From the NCBI GenBank assembly GCA_965263355.1, contig CBDHHL010000056.1, positions 2,432,001 to 2,496,000 of the forward strand: a DNA stretch of 64,000 nucleotides. Direction: 5' to 3'. The notes below the pieces were generated by a model that had not been told where the DNA came from, did no database searches, and saw nothing but the letters and a program-made list of their open reading frames with translations. The stretch is from Leptolyngbyaceae cyanobacterium (GTDB lineage: Bacteria; Cyanobacteriota; Cyanobacteriia; Phormidesmidales; Phormidesmidaceae). Below are positions 10,752-21,489 of the stretch, piece by piece (within the stretch, counting starts at the first letter, position 1; every line of letters begins with the position of its first letter). The position numbers and the translations under genes are program-made.

Positions 10752-11183
10752 ATGTCCGTTAATTCCGCTCGTCCACCAGCTTTAGACAAAATTGTTAAAC
10801 GCTTTCAACGGATTCAAGATCCACGCCGTCGCTATGAGCAGCTCCTATGGTATGCCAAGCGTCTAGAAGGGTTTCCGGAAGAAGCTAAAATACCTGACAA
10901 CAAGGTAAAAGGCTGTGTTTCTCAGGTGTACATTGCTGCTAAGGCTGATGATGAAGGTCATGTTAGTTTTCAGGGTGACTCGGATGCGCAAATTACTAAA
11001 GGGTTAGTGGCTTTATTGATTGAGGGTCTTCAAGGGCTACCACCGCAGGATATCGTACAGCTGGAACCCGATTTTATTAAAGAGACACAGCTAGATGTAA
11101 GCCTGACGCCATCGCGTGCCAATGGGTTTTACAACATCTTTAAAACAATGCAGCAGAAGGCGTTGGCATTGATGGGTGAATAA
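10752..11183 (+). CDS. sufE: SufE-family Fe-S cluster sulfur-transfer protein (start 10728 or 10752)
   Basis: NKVKGCVSQVY with the conserved Cys, GDSDAQITKGL, LTPSRANGF. Confidence 0.93.
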   Translation: MSVNSARPPALDKIVKRFQRIQDPRRRYEQLLWYAKRLEGFPEEAKIPDNKVKGCVSQVYIAAKADDEGHVSFQGDSDAQITKGLVALLIEGLQGLPPQDIVQLEPDFIKETQLDVSLTPSRANGFYNIFKTMQQKALALMGE

Positions 11184-11186
11184 CCT

Positions 11187-11214
11187 GTAGGGGCGTTGCA
11201 TGCAACGCCCCTAG
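11187..11214. repeat. REP-like palindrome between convergent sufE and MarR genes
   Basis: Perfect 26-bp palindrome TAGGGGCGTTGCATGCAACGCCCCTA at 11188-11213 with a GTAG end; related copy at 15278. Confidence 0.85.
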
Positions 11215-11227
11215 ACAATTTTTCAGA

Positions 11228-11743
11228 TTAGGAATAAAAATCTGACGCAAACTCATCACTATAGAAATCATCGGCGTCATTATCGTAATTATCCTCATCA
11301 GGTAGTTGGGTACCGATGCCAAAGGCTGCCAACAATCCTGCATTCTCAGCCGTGGAATCCAGCACATTGGCCTGGAGTTCATGCCATACCGGAGCGGCTA
11401 CGACCAAGAGCTGTCGACCTTGAGGCGTAGCCTTGAGGGATTGACTACGTTTATCTTTGCCAGGTCCGATGTCAATCCAGCCATGTTTGTGCATGCGGTC
11501 AATGGTGCGACTCACTGTAGATTTTTCCATACCTAGCATTTGCCCCAACTGACTGGGTGGAATAGGCCCCCGACTCACAATCGTCGCCAGAATGTTGAGC
11601 TGGTTGACGGTAAACCCCAGGGGACGTAATGCCTCATCATAGAGCCGAGTCACCATGCGATTAAGCTGCCGTAATCGCATAGCAATACAGTTATTGGTCA
11701 TCTGGCGAGCAATTTCTTTGGGAGTACCGTAGGTCACCGACAT
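11228..11743 (-). CDS. MarR-family transcriptional regulator
   Basis: CIAMRLRQLNRMVTRLYDEALRPLG; wHTH LGQMLGMEKSTVSRTIDRM...DKRS...TPQG; acidic C-terminal tail. Confidence 0.9.
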   Translation of the reverse strand: MSVTYGTPKEIARQMTNNCIAMRLRQLNRMVTRLYDEALRPLGFTVNQLNILATIVSRGPIPPSQLGQMLGMEKSTVSRTIDRMHKHGWIDIGPGKDKRSQSLKATPQGRQLLVVAAPVWHELQANVLDSTAENAGLLAAFGIGTQLPDEDNYDNDADDFYSDEFASDFYS

Positions 11744-11790
11744 AGGTTAAAGGCATAGGCATCGACTTAGGTAATTTTTTCATCCAATTG

Positions 11791-11804
11791 GTTGTATATT
11801 CAAC
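11791..11804. promoter_or_regulatory. Putative MarR operator
   Basis: Near-perfect palindrome GTTGTATATTCAAC about 50 bp upstream of the MarR start, in a divergent intergenic region. Confidence 0.5.
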
Positions 11805-11941
11805 TATTCACGCTAAAAATATTTTTAATTAGCAAATTGTCATCACTCCTTAATCCTTAGGCAAATATTCGGTTTTTACATAGAGTCATTTTTCTTAATA
11901 ATCAGTAAGATCTAGTGAGTACGTAATCATGGCATGACCTT

Positions 11942-12676
11942 ATGGATATCCTCGATGCCAGCATCGCTGACAGTCTCTGGATCGGCTTAATTTTAGGTCT
12001 GGCTGCTTTAGTTCACAGCCTCACAGGTTTTGGATTTGCGCTGGTCTCAGTATCGCTACTACCGTTTTTTATGGAGCTGCGGTTGGCAGTTACTTTAGTG
12101 ATCGCTATTGGTCTGCTTAGCAATCTTGTCCTTTGGTGGTATTACCGGGATAGTTTTGAATGGTCGCGTATTGTCCATCTATCAGCAGCGGCTCTAGTGA
12201 CCATTCCTGTGGGAGTTCTAGGACTGCATTATGTGCCGGAGCATTTAGCGCTACAGGTCTTAGGTGCTATGGTGCTGACCTATGTGGCTTACTCGTTGCT
12301 GCAGCTATCGTTACCAAAGTTAACCAGCAGATCCTGGGCCTATGCCTTTGGTGCTGCCTCCGGGGTGCTGACTGGAGCATTTAATATTGGCGGCCCACCC
12401 ATTGTCATCTATGGCAATTGCAACCAGTGGAGTCCCCAGCAGTTCAAAGGCAATGTACCGGGGGTAATCTGCGTATTGTCTTCGGTTGCGATCGCAACTC
12501 ATCTCTGGCAAGGCGACTTTAGCGCCGACCTATTTACCCAGGTCGGCTATGCAGCGCCTTTCTTTGCCACGGGTCTAGGCCTTGGGCTTTGGCTCTCCAA
12601 ATATATTGATGCCGCTAGCTTTCGTCAGCTAGTTCTGGTCTTGCTAGGCATCATTGGTTGCAAGCTGCTGGTTTAG
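11942..12676 (+). CDS. TauE/SafE-family sulfite exporter-like membrane protein
   Basis: VHSLTGFGFALVS and GVLTGAFNIGGPPIVIY motifs, about 8 TMs. Confidence 0.9.
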   Translation: MDILDASIADSLWIGLILGLAALVHSLTGFGFALVSVSLLPFFMELRLAVTLVIAIGLLSNLVLWWYYRDSFEWSRIVHLSAAALVTIPVGVLGLHYVPEHLALQVLGAMVLTYVAYSLLQLSLPKLTSRSWAYAFGAASGVLTGAFNIGGPPIVIYGNCNQWSPQQFKGNVPGVICVLSSVAIATHLWQGDFSADLFTQVGYAAPFFATGLGLGLWLSKYIDAASFRQLVLVLLGIIGCKLLV

Positions 12677-14157
12677 TTATCCCCCTGAGTGTCAGGAATG
12701 TCGGGAGTGGCATCAATAATTTCGTCACTAATGACTTCTACCTCAGGCTTCGCATCAGGGATATCATCCGTAGCTGTAGCTGGTACGTCCAAGTCGGAGT
12801 CTACCTCAGTGGGTTCAATCTCCACAGGTTCAACATCAAAGGGGGGATTATCCCTGAGGTTGTCTCGTAAGGTATCGCCAACATCGACAGAATCCTCATC
12901 GGGTTCAGTGACCTGAGTCTCTTCTGGAGGATTATCTAAACTGAGTCTAGCTACTTGACCACGAAAATAAGCTTCACGATATTTGAGGGATTCCGCAAAG
13001 GCCACCCCAGCTCGAAAGGCAATCCGAGCATTTTCAGTATCGTCAATGCTGAGGTACAGCTGTCCTAAACGGTCATAGGCGTCTAAAATGCCGTGATGAT
13101 TATAGGCTTGCTGTTCAGCCCGCACCAACAAGTTATACATAGTGAGCGCTTCATTGGTCAGGCCTTGCTCAGCATATAAGTCACCCAGGTCCTTGAGTAC
13201 CGTGCTCACATGACCATAAAGCTGCAGGCTTTGAGCGGTCACATAGGCCAAGTTGTAATATTCCAAAGCTTGGGGATAAATACCGATGGCCCGAAAATTG
13301 CGAGCCATGTCTATTTCTAGGGGGGGCTCTCGGTCGTTTTGGCCCGTAGACCTGTACAGCCTAAGCAGCTCAGTTTGCACAGGCAGTACCTGGGCATAGT
13401 CCTTGGCTTGCTGATAGCTATAGATCAGATCTTTCAGGTATTGGGTTTGCTCTACTGTATTGCCCTCAAGTTTGGCATTAGCCGCAAGCTGGGTATATAG
13501 CTGAGCGGCATTATCAAAATCAAACCACTGTAAATAGTGACTGGCCAATACAACGACCCAACTTTGCCGAGTGGGTTCATCATTTGCCGTCATCTCAATC
13601 AACTGTTGATAAATCTCCGTTGAGGTATCGCGCATCCTCAAGGTTTGGGCAATGGTGGCAATGGTTTCCACCCGCTCTAATGTGGCTGTCTCCTTTTCTG
13701 CGGCCCAAATGCGTTTTAGCCTGACCGCCATCAGACGAACTTCTTGCGATCGCTGAGCATTCCACGCCTGCTGACCAATCCGATTCAGCGCCTCTAGTTC
13801 AGCCTCTAACCCAAATAAACGACGTAGCTGCACCTCTCGCATCCATAGCTCAAACGCAGCATCCGGCTGGTCAACTAGCAGCAACTCTCGGGCCTGGGCA
13901 TCCATCTGAAAAAGCTCTAGCTCTAATTCATAAAGCTCCAGAGGACTGAGGGGACGCTCGACCACCGTCGTCGGCAGCAGCGGATCCCTGGGCTCCGCTT
14001 CCAGCGGATTTGTCAGAAACGCATCGAGCAACACCGGATCCAACCGCTGACCATAGGCAGGCAGTGACATTAGACAGAACGCCAATACGCTCCCTGCCAA
14101 TCGCTTGCTGTAGGACTGCAACCACCTCAGATTTTGGCAATTAAAATAAACACTCAT
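12673..14157 (-). CDS. Tetratricopeptide-repeat protein with signal peptide and acidic C-terminal tail
   Basis: TPR-like units ([38 protein letters not shown]); signal-like N-terminus. Confidence 0.8.
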   Translation of the reverse strand: MSVYFNCQNLRWLQSYSKRLAGSVLAFCLMSLPAYGQRLDPVLLDAFLTNPLEAEPRDPLLPTTVVERPLSPLELYELELELFQMDAQARELLLVDQPDAAFELWMREVQLRRLFGLEAELEALNRIGQQAWNAQRSQEVRLMAVRLKRIWAAEKETATLERVETIATIAQTLRMRDTSTEIYQQLIEMTANDEPTRQSWVVVLASHYLQWFDFDNAAQLYTQLAANAKLEGNTVEQTQYLKDLIYSYQQAKDYAQVLPVQTELLRLYRSTGQNDREPPLEIDMARNFRAIGIYPQALEYYNLAYVTAQSLQLYGHVSTVLKDLGDLYAEQGLTNEALTMYNLLVRAEQQAYNHHGILDAYDRLGQLYLSIDDTENARIAFRAGVAFAESLKYREAYFRGQVARLSLDNPPEETQVTEPDEDSVDVGDTLRDNLRDNPPFDVEPVEIEPTEVDSDLDVPATATDDIPDAKPEVEVISDEIIDATPDIPDTQGDN

Positions 14158-14285
14158 TTACAGAACTTTGTACTCTCGCGGCTTTGCGACCTGGTGCGGT
14201 CATCTGTGCTGTAATCTTAAGATCCTGTGTAATTCTTTTGTCAGCAAGCTTTGCTGGCTGCTTAACCATAACAAATCTGTTAACT

Positions 14286-15242
14286 ATGTCCCCAAATGTA
14301 GCAACCCGCACTATTCGGATTGGTTCTCGTAAAAGTCAGCTTGCCCTGGTGCAAACCCACTGGGTGCAGGGTGAGCTACAAAAACGCTTCCCTGAGATTA
14401 ACTTTGAAGTTAAAACCATGGAAACCCAAGGGGACAAAATTCTCGATGTTTCCCTTTCCAAAATTGGCGACAAAGGTCTCTTTACCCAAGAGTTAGAAGA
14501 CGACATGCTAAACGGCACCGTCGATTTTGCCGTGCACTCCCTCAAGGATTTACCCACCCGTCTACCTGAAGGCCTGATGTTAGGGTGTGTCACCGAGCGC
14601 GAAGACCCTGCCGATGCCTTGGTAGTGCACGAAAATCACGCGGGCAAAACCCTAGATCAGCTACCGGAAGGGGCTATCATTGGGACCTCTTCCTTACGTC
14701 GTCTAGCCCAGCTACGGCATCACTATCCTTCGTTTCAGTTCAAAGACATTCGTGGCAACCTGAATACGCGTCTGCGCAAACTGGATGAAGGCCAGTACGA
14801 CGCCATTATTTTGGCAGTGGCTGGCCTCAAGCGTTTAGAAATGGCTGATCGGATTCAGCAGGTCGTTCCTGCCGAGATATCGCTCCATGCTGTCGGGCAG
14901 GGGGCCTTGGGGATTGAGTGCCGCAGTGGAGATGACGATATTCTGGCGGTGATTAAAACGCTAGAACATCTACCCACGGCCCAGCGCTGTTATGCAGAGC
15001 GGGCATTTTTGCGTGAGCTAGAGGGCGGTTGTCAGGTGCCCATCGGCGTTAATACGGTGATTGAGGACGACACCCTTACTCTGACTGGCATTGTGGCGAG
15101 CCTGGATGGTCAAACCTTAGTAAAAGATACGATTGCAGGGCCAGTTGACACTGCAGATGCCATGGGTACGACGTTGGCAAAGCGGGCTAAGGAAGCCGGA
15201 GCCCAAGGGATTTTGGATGCGATCGCAGCCGAAAACCGTTAA
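14286..15242 (+). CDS. hemC: Hydroxymethylbilane synthase (porphobilinogen deaminase)
   Basis: [57 protein letters not shown] 14286 chosen as start. Confidence 0.97.
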   Translation: MSPNVATRTIRIGSRKSQLALVQTHWVQGELQKRFPEINFEVKTMETQGDKILDVSLSKIGDKGLFTQELEDDMLNGTVDFAVHSLKDLPTRLPEGLMLGCVTEREDPADALVVHENHAGKTLDQLPEGAIIGTSSLRRLAQLRHHYPSFQFKDIRGNLNTRLRKLDEGQYDAIILAVAGLKRLEMADRIQQVVPAEISLHAVGQGALGIECRSGDDDILAVIKTLEHLPTAQRCYAERAFLRELEGGCQVPIGVNTVIEDDTLTLTGIVASLDGQTLVKDTIAGPVDTADAMGTTLAKRAKEAGAQGILDAIAAENR

Positions 15243-15277
15243 TTCTGCCTACGTTCATATTCAAAATATTAGGTCCC

Positions 15278-15315
15278 ATCCTGTAGAGGCGTTGCCTGCA
15301 ACGCCTCTACAGGAT
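15278..15315. repeat. REP-like hairpin (18-bp arms), possible terminator or mRNA-stabilising element
   Basis: ATCCTGTAGAGGCGTTGC-CT-GCAACGCCTCTACAGGAT; same family as 11188. Confidence 0.85.
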
Positions 15316-15440
15316 ATGAAAGGCCTAGATTGCTGCGAATTAATCCCCCTTCCGTAGGCTGCAGCACTATGCACAGAGCCAATCCCCCACTAGACTTGAT
15401 CCGTGGAGGATGGATGTTTCATCGGGGCAACAGAGACGAC

Positions 15441-16868
15441 ATGCGAATTTTATTTGTGGCAGCAGAGGCCGCACCCTTAGCAAAAGTAGGTGGCATGGGG
15501 GATGTGGTCGGCACACTCCCCAAAATACTGCGGGCCATGGGGCACGATGTGCGGATCTTTATGCCTTACTACGGCACCATGGCCAAAAAAGTGGACGTCC
15601 CCAAACAGCCAGTTTGGTCTGGCGATGCCATGGTCACACCGTTTGACGTCCATGAAACTGTCCTGCCCAAATCCGATGTTCCCCTCTATCTATTTAGTCA
15701 TCCGGCCTTTGCAATTGATCAAATATATGGCACTGCAGATGAAGAATGGCGGTTTACCTTCTTTGCCAATGGGGCGTCCGAATTCTGCACTAAGCACTGG
15801 AAACCGGATATTGTTCACTGCCATGATTGGCATACGGGCATGATTCCGGTCTGGCTGCACCAGACTCCCGACATCTCCACTGTATTTACTATCCATAATC
15901 TCGCCTATCAAGGCCCCTGGCGCTGGAAGCTAGAGCAAATGACCTGGTGTCCTGGGTATATGCAGGGGGAAAGCACGATGTCTGCGGCTCTGCTTCACGC
16001 TGATTGGGTCAATGCTGTATCCCCCACCTATGCTCGGCAGATTCAAACCAAAGAATACGGTGAAACCCTAGAAGGGCTGCTGTCGTTCATTAGTAAGAAG
16101 CTCAGTGGCATTGTCAACGGCATTGATCTGGATGCGTTTAATCCTGAAACGGATGAGAGAATTGCCCAAACTTACACAGCAGAGACGTTAGAAAAGCGAG
16201 CTGTCAATAAAAAGGCACTCCAAACCGAAATGGGTTTGGACATTGATGATGACCTCTTTCTGATTGGTCTGGTTAGCCGTCTGGTCGAACAAAAGGGCAT
16301 TGACCTGATTTTGCAGACCATGGACCGCTTTTTGGCATATACCGATGCGCAGGTAGTGATATTGGGGTCTGGCGATCGCACTTATGAAACCCAACTGTTA
16401 GAACTCTCCAGTCGTTTCCCTGGTCGAGTTTCGGCCTACATTATGTATAGCAGCCAGCTGGCCCAAAAAATCTATGCTGGGTCTGATGCATTTTTGATGC
16501 CATCTCGATTTGAGCCCTGTGGCATCAGTCAAATGATTGCCATGCGCTATGGTTGTATCCCCATTGTGCGCCATACAGGGGGTCTGGTAGATACGGTTAG
16601 CCAACATAACCCGCTCAAGGGCACCGGCACGGGTTACTGTTTTGATCGCTATGAGCCGTTGGAGCTGTTCACTTGCATGGTACGTGCCTGGGAAGGATTC
16701 CAGTACAAACCCTTCTGGAAAAAATTGCAACAGCGGGCGATGGCAGAAAACTTTAGCTGGGAAAATTCTGCCATAGAGTACATCAAACTCTACAGCGACC
16801 TCAAAGGCGTAAATCCGAACAGTCAAATCCCAGTAAAGCATGGAGGACTGCTAAAAGTTAGTCCATAG
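15441..16868 (+). CDS. glgA: Glycogen synthase
   Basis: MRILFVAAEAAPLAKVGGMGDV, HCHDWHT, FTIHNLAYQG, SRLVEQKG, MPSRFEPCG. Confidence 0.97.
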   Translation: MRILFVAAEAAPLAKVGGMGDVVGTLPKILRAMGHDVRIFMPYYGTMAKKVDVPKQPVWSGDAMVTPFDVHETVLPKSDVPLYLFSHPAFAIDQIYGTADEEWRFTFFANGASEFCTKHWKPDIVHCHDWHTGMIPVWLHQTPDISTVFTIHNLAYQGPWRWKLEQMTWCPGYMQGESTMSAALLHADWVNAVSPTYARQIQTKEYGETLEGLLSFISKKLSGIVNGIDLDAFNPETDERIAQTYTAETLEKRAVNKKALQTEMGLDIDDDLFLIGLVSRLVEQKGIDLILQTMDRFLAYTDAQVVILGSGDRTYETQLLELSSRFPGRVSAYIMYSSQLAQKIYAGSDAFLMPSRFEPCGISQMIAMRYGCIPIVRHTGGLVDTVSQHNPLKGTGTGYCFDRYEPLELFTCMVRAWEGFQYKPFWKKLQQRAMAENFSWENSAIEYIKLYSDLKGVNPNSQIPVKHGGLLKVSP

Positions 16869-16948
16869 CACAAGAGATTTTTTCCCTTGTACTACACCAG
16901 ATGAGACGCTCTAGGACAGAGCAATCAATTAAATCCAATCTCAGAACC

Positions 16949-16990
16949 AATAGTTATAGGACTTCGACTCCGCGCAGTCCTATAACTATT
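16949..16990. terminator. Inverted repeat, probable bidirectional terminator between convergent genes
   Basis: 15-bp perfect arms AATAGTTATAGGACT / AGTCCTATAACTATT with a 12-nt loop. Confidence 0.7.
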
Positions 16991-17003
16991 AACCAGCAAA
17001 ATG

Positions 17004-18239
17004 TTAGTGCTTAAAGTTAGCAAAACTACCACTCTCACAACCCGTTAGTTTCTCCAAAATAGCTTGGGCAGAAGTATCCTCACCCTGGCGAATCTGTTGT
17101 GTCATCGCAATATTGATCAACTCCATACCCAGGCGTACCCAGTAAGCCCCTGTGACCGACTCAAAATCTACAGGTGGCATTTGCTCCGCATAGCTTTGAT
17201 CCAACTCCAGCTTTAACGTTTCACTTAGCTGACGAACTACATATTGTCGCTGGGGTGGAGCCTGATCTAGCCAAGCCGTTATCGGCTGAGCAAAGATAGC
17301 ATCGATCTCTGCTTCGCTGGCCTGTTTTTGCAACCAGACCTCAACCGTAGAGACAGGCCAATCTGTTGTCTCTTCATCGACTTTTGCAAAGGCATGGGCC
17401 TCAGCATAGGAAACAGTCCCATCGGTGTTGTAATCTGCAGAAGCAACCGGTTTTCCTGTTCGATCAAGGCCACTGAGACCGGCAAAAAAGCTGGAGCTGT
17501 AGTCTCGATAATCAGCCTCATTCACCGCAGGAGTACACCCCACCGACGGACGCTCAGCGACGGTGGCAAAAAAACCACAGCGAGTCTGCAACGCAACCGG
17601 ATTGTCAGGATTACCCTGTTCATAGATGAGATTGGCAAAAGAGCCTGAAAAACATTGGGCCATCATGGTGACAAAGGGCTGAGCAGGGGGCAGTTGATCC
17701 AGCCAACCAGTCAGGTCTTGCACCGAAACCAATTTTTCTTCCCAAAGAATCATCGCATTGTTATCGGGATTCTCATTGTTATAGGCTCCATGCCCCGTGA
17801 AATAGAAAAACGCTGGGCATGGAGATGATTTCTTGGTTAGACGTTCAAACCAGGCTTGAGCATTTTCAACGGTGGCAGGGCCATCAAGGTGATCAATTTC
17901 GGGGGGTTTAAACTGCTCTTGCCCTACCAGGTTGAGATAACGCACCGTAGCTTCACCATCATTACCATTGGCAAAATACTGACGCGCATTACTGAGACTG
18001 ATACCCAGAGAACTCAGCGTGCGTTGAAAGTAACGCACATTTTTTTCAAGGGCAATTTCGTTGTAATAGGGGGCTCCCCCCCCGGCTAGCACCAAAAACT
18101 CCATGGGTACTGCTGCCGTTTGCACCACCGTAGGCTGATTGACTGTAGCGGCTTGCTTACTCCAGCCCAGCCCTAAGCCAATAGCGACCCCCATCAGACT
18201 AGTGGTCAATAGCTGAGTGAAAAATGATGATGGGCGCAT
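17004..18239 (-). CDS. Clan CD (caspase/legumain-like, C13/C14-type) cysteine peptidase, exported or membrane-anchored
   Basis: FFYFTGHG (catalytic His) and TMMAQCFSGSF (catalytic Cys); N-terminal hydrophobic segment. Confidence 0.75.
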   Translation of the reverse strand: MRPSSFFTQLLTTSLMGVAIGLGLGWSKQAATVNQPTVVQTAAVPMEFLVLAGGGAPYYNEIALEKNVRYFQRTLSSLGISLSNARQYFANGNDGEATVRYLNLVGQEQFKPPEIDHLDGPATVENAQAWFERLTKKSSPCPAFFYFTGHGAYNNENPDNNAMILWEEKLVSVQDLTGWLDQLPPAQPFVTMMAQCFSGSFANLIYEQGNPDNPVALQTRCGFFATVAERPSVGCTPAVNEADYRDYSSSFFAGLSGLDRTGKPVASADYNTDGTVSYAEAHAFAKVDEETTDWPVSTVEVWLQKQASEAEIDAIFAQPITAWLDQAPPQRQYVVRQLSETLKLELDQSYAEQMPPVDFESVTGAYWVRLGMELINIAMTQQIRQGEDTSAQAILEKLTGCESGSFANFKH

Positions 18240-18436
18240 GGCAAGCAGTCAGTTACTTTTGTTTTATTTTAGGACGCGTTTTTTATATCGTTTGTGGCCA
18301 GGGCTCTAAACCATGCCTACCCAGGACCACCTAAAACAAAAATCAACCCCGACAACGTCAAGGTTGATGCGTTAATCAGCGACTGGAAAAAATCAGCCCT
18401 AACCCTCCACGGGATGGATAGAATTTTTATCCTGGG

Positions 18437-18868
18437 TTAAGCCACATAGCTATTGATGATTTGAGCCAGATCAGGAACAGCGGCTTCGACATCATTTTTT
18501 ACAGACTTGCGCAGTTTGTTATAGGTTGCGCTCACTACGCCATTGCTAGTTTTGGCAATGCGGGCATCGGTCACACTCAAGATGCTATCAGCGGTGCGAT
18601 CGCTATTGTCGCTTAAGTATTGGACCGGGTCACCGGCTTCAGCGCCCTCTTGCCAAATCGGGTCAAGCGCTTTTAGGGCATCGGGCAGTAATCGGTTAAT
18701 AGCACCAGGAATGTAGCCTGCGCCAATCCCTTTGATGACACCATAGGCAGCCTTCATTGCCATGCCACCGAGACCACCTTTAGCAGCTACTAGCTTATCG
18801 ATTAATTTGGCGCAATCATCAGCAATACTAGCGAGTACGGTTGCGTCTTGAAGTTTTTCACTCAACAT
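18437..18868 (-). CDS. Conserved hypothetical protein (DUF6918-like)
   Basis: 143-aa all-helical ORF, KGGLGGMAMKAAYG...LLPDALKALDP...ILSVTDAR. Confidence 0.7.
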   Translation of the reverse strand: MLSEKLQDATVLASIADDCAKLIDKLVAAKGGLGGMAMKAAYGVIKGIGAGYIPGAINRLLPDALKALDPIWQEGAEAGDPVQYLSDNSDRTADSILSVTDARIAKTSNGVVSATYNKLRKSVKNDVEAAVPDLAQIINSYVA

Positions 18869-19000
18869 AAGGCTTTGCCCTAAATTATCAATATAAATTG
18901 GTCTAATTCCTAGAGAATTATAGACACCATCATTGTTCCAATATATCGATAGGTGTCAGACAACTTTGCGGGATCTTTACCCATCGTCATTCCCGTAGTA

Positions 19001-19615
19001 CTAAGCCAACAGCAATGCAAACAAACCACACAGCGCTATGCCATCAAAGATGCCCGCTCCACCAATACTGAGATGACCAGGTGACAGTCGTTCAATTTCA
19101 CTCAGATGCAGCAAATCTGCACCGATGAGCGTGCCTAAAATTCCCCCTGCAAAGGCGATACTGGGAGCAGCCACTGCCCCCACAAACCAGGCGCACACAA
19201 CCGCCGTCAAGGGGGACACCATGGCATTCATCCGAATTCCCTGCCCAGGAACAACTTGGGCCGCCCAATAGCTGACCAGGGTAACGATGCCAGTGGTCAC
19301 CAGAATGGGTAAAACATAGCCCCGCGTCAACTGATACACCGCCAAGATAACGGGAATTAGCCCCCCACCCACGTTCAGAGAAACGACACTAGACCGCTGA
19401 TGCCAGGTCATGCCAGCGGCTCGAAAGCTACGTTGGTAAAGGGGAATATTAATACTGCTGCCGATGACAATGGCGGCTAATAGCAAAATGGCCAGGGAAG
19501 GAGAAAACCCTAACTTAGCGACGGCAACTGTCACCATATCCAGGGTGAAACCAGTAATCACTAGCGGTAGCATCAGGATCACCAGTAAAACCACAATAAT
19601 GGGTAGAACAACCAT
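19001..19615 (-). CDS. DUF1614-family membrane protein
   Basis: IGSSINIP, NVGGGLIP, GTLIGADLLHL, SIGGAGIFDGI. Confidence 0.85.
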   Translation of the reverse strand: MVVLPIIVVLLVILMLPLVITGFTLDMVTVAVAKLGFSPSLAILLLAAIVIGSSINIPLYQRSFRAAGMTWHQRSSVVSLNVGGGLIPVILAVYQLTRGYVLPILVTTGIVTLVSYWAAQVVPGQGIRMNAMVSPLTAVVCAWFVGAVAAPSIAFAGGILGTLIGADLLHLSEIERLSPGHLSIGGAGIFDGIALCGLFALLLA

Positions 19616-19824
19616 CGTTTGTCCCTCTGTTAAGTTCGCTCATACCCAAATCTCAGGTGTCCAGGTACACCCCCAGTGTGGCGCGAATAATCAGGCCTGT
19701 AGGGTAGAAAACTCCGTACTTTCCAGGGACGGATGTTACCAGGTGAATACCCAGGTCTCATACTCTGTAGGCTGCCATATAGTACGCTGATAGACCTAGC
19801 TGTTTCGTTTTCGGCATTATCACC

Positions 19825-21273
19825 ATGTCTGTTCGCGTTCGGATTGCGCCGAGTCCCACTGGCAATCTTCACATTGGGACAGCCAGAACTGCGGTTTTTA
19901 ACTGGCTGTTTGCCCGTGCCCAGGGCGGTACGTTTATCTTGCGGGTAGAAGATACAGATGTAGAGCGTTCCAAACCTGAATACACCCAGAATATTATGGA
20001 TGGCCTGCAGTGGCTTGGATTGAACTGGGATGAAGAGCCTGTTTATCAAACCCAGCGCATGGGTCTGTATCAGCCCAAAATTCAAGCATTGTTGGATCAG
20101 GGACTGGCCTATCGTGCCTACGAAACATCGGCAGAGCTGAACGAAATGCGGGAAAAACAAAAGGCCCGCAGTGAAGCACCTCGGTATAACAATCAGCACC
20201 GTGATCTTACCCCTGAAGAAATTGCTGCATTTGAAGCCGAGGGGCGTCAGGCAGTGATCCGTTTTAAGATCGACGATGACCGTGATATCACCTGGAACGA
20301 TATGGTGCGCGGTCCAGTGCATTGGAAGGGACGTGATTTGGGGGGCGATATGGTGATTGCGCGGGCGTCCTCTAGTACGGAAATTGGTCAGCCGCTCTAT
20401 AACTTTGTTGTGGTTGTGGATGATGCTGATATGGCGATTACCCACGTTATCCGGGGGGAAGACCATGTGGGCAATACGCCAAAGCAAATCTTGCTGTATG
20501 AGGCAATGGGTATGCCAGTGCCGCAGTTTGCCCATACGCCACTAATCTTAAATGAGAAGGGAGCCAAGCTGTCTAAGCGGGATGGGGTGACCTCGATTTC
20601 AGACTTTCAGGCCATGGGCTTTACCCCCGAAGCACTGGCTAACTATATGACCCTGTTGGGATGGTCTGCGCCTGATGCACAAGAGATATTTACCCTCGAT
20701 GAAGCGGCCAAAATCTTTGGTTTCGAGCGAGTGAATAAGGCAGGGGCTAAATTTGATTGGGATAAGTTGGATTGGATTAATAGCCAGTATCTCCATCAGA
20801 CATCCCCAGAGGACCTGCTAGGGCTAATAGCGCCTTACTTAAAGGAGGCGGGATATGAGTTTGATTTAGCCACCGATCAAGACTGGTTACTTAAACTAGC
20901 TGCCCTAGCAGGTCCTAGCCTTACCCGGTTAACTGACTGTGTTGACTTGAGCCGGTTTTTCTTTACGCCTGCCATGGACTTTTCTGAGGCAGCGACAGAG
21001 CAGCTTAAAAAAGACGGTGTAGCAGAGGCAATGCAAGCTGTACTAGATGCTCTAAAAGCCCATGAGGGGCTCCATGAGGTGAGCGACGCCAAGGGGCTGA
21101 TCAATCAGGTGACGAAGACCTTGGGCGTCAAGAAGGGGCTGATTATGAGATCCCTCCGGGCGGCTCTAATGGGAGATATGCAAGGTCCGGATCTAGTGGA
21201 GTCTTGGTTGATTTTGCACCAGCGAGGCTTTGACCAGGGACGTTTGGAGAGTGCGATCTCACTCTCTAGCTAA
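19825..21273 (+). CDS. gltX: Glutamate--tRNA ligase
   Basis: [15 protein letters not shown] (HIGH-type) and KLSKR (KMSKS-type) motifs. Confidence 0.97.
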   Translation: MSVRVRIAPSPTGNLHIGTARTAVFNWLFARAQGGTFILRVEDTDVERSKPEYTQNIMDGLQWLGLNWDEEPVYQTQRMGLYQPKIQALLDQGLAYRAYETSAELNEMREKQKARSEAPRYNNQHRDLTPEEIAAFEAEGRQAVIRFKIDDDRDITWNDMVRGPVHWKGRDLGGDMVIARASSSTEIGQPLYNFVVVVDDADMAITHVIRGEDHVGNTPKQILLYEAMGMPVPQFAHTPLILNEKGAKLSKRDGVTSISDFQAMGFTPEALANYMTLLGWSAPDAQEIFTLDEAAKIFGFERVNKAGAKFDWDKLDWINSQYLHQTSPEDLLGLIAPYLKEAGYEFDLATDQDWLLKLAALAGPSLTRLTDCVDLSRFFFTPAMDFSEAATEQLKKDGVAEAMQAVLDALKAHEGLHEVSDAKGLINQVTKTLGVKKGLIMRSLRAALMGDMQGPDLVESWLILHQRGFDQGRLESAISLSS

Positions 21274-21337
21274 CCCATTAGTTATCGATCCCTGGCATGT
21301 TCACTACGTAACAGATTGCTCCTATCTGAGAAATTAC

Positions 21338-21360
21338 GTTACATTTAGTAAACAATGTAA
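21338..21360 (+). promoter_or_regulatory. Possible HLR1-like (RpaB) direct repeat upstream of ftsH
   Basis: GTTACATT-TA-GTAAACAA; second half imperfect. Confidence 0.3.
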
Positions 21361-21489
21361 CTAATAAAACTCAATTAGCTTATCGAATTACCGTTGGCTG
21401 ACGTTGAGTTTTTGCGGTTTTCTTTTAGAACATACTGTTGAATCTGCTTACGCAGTTAGGACTGTTAATCAAAACGAGGCCACCGAGAT

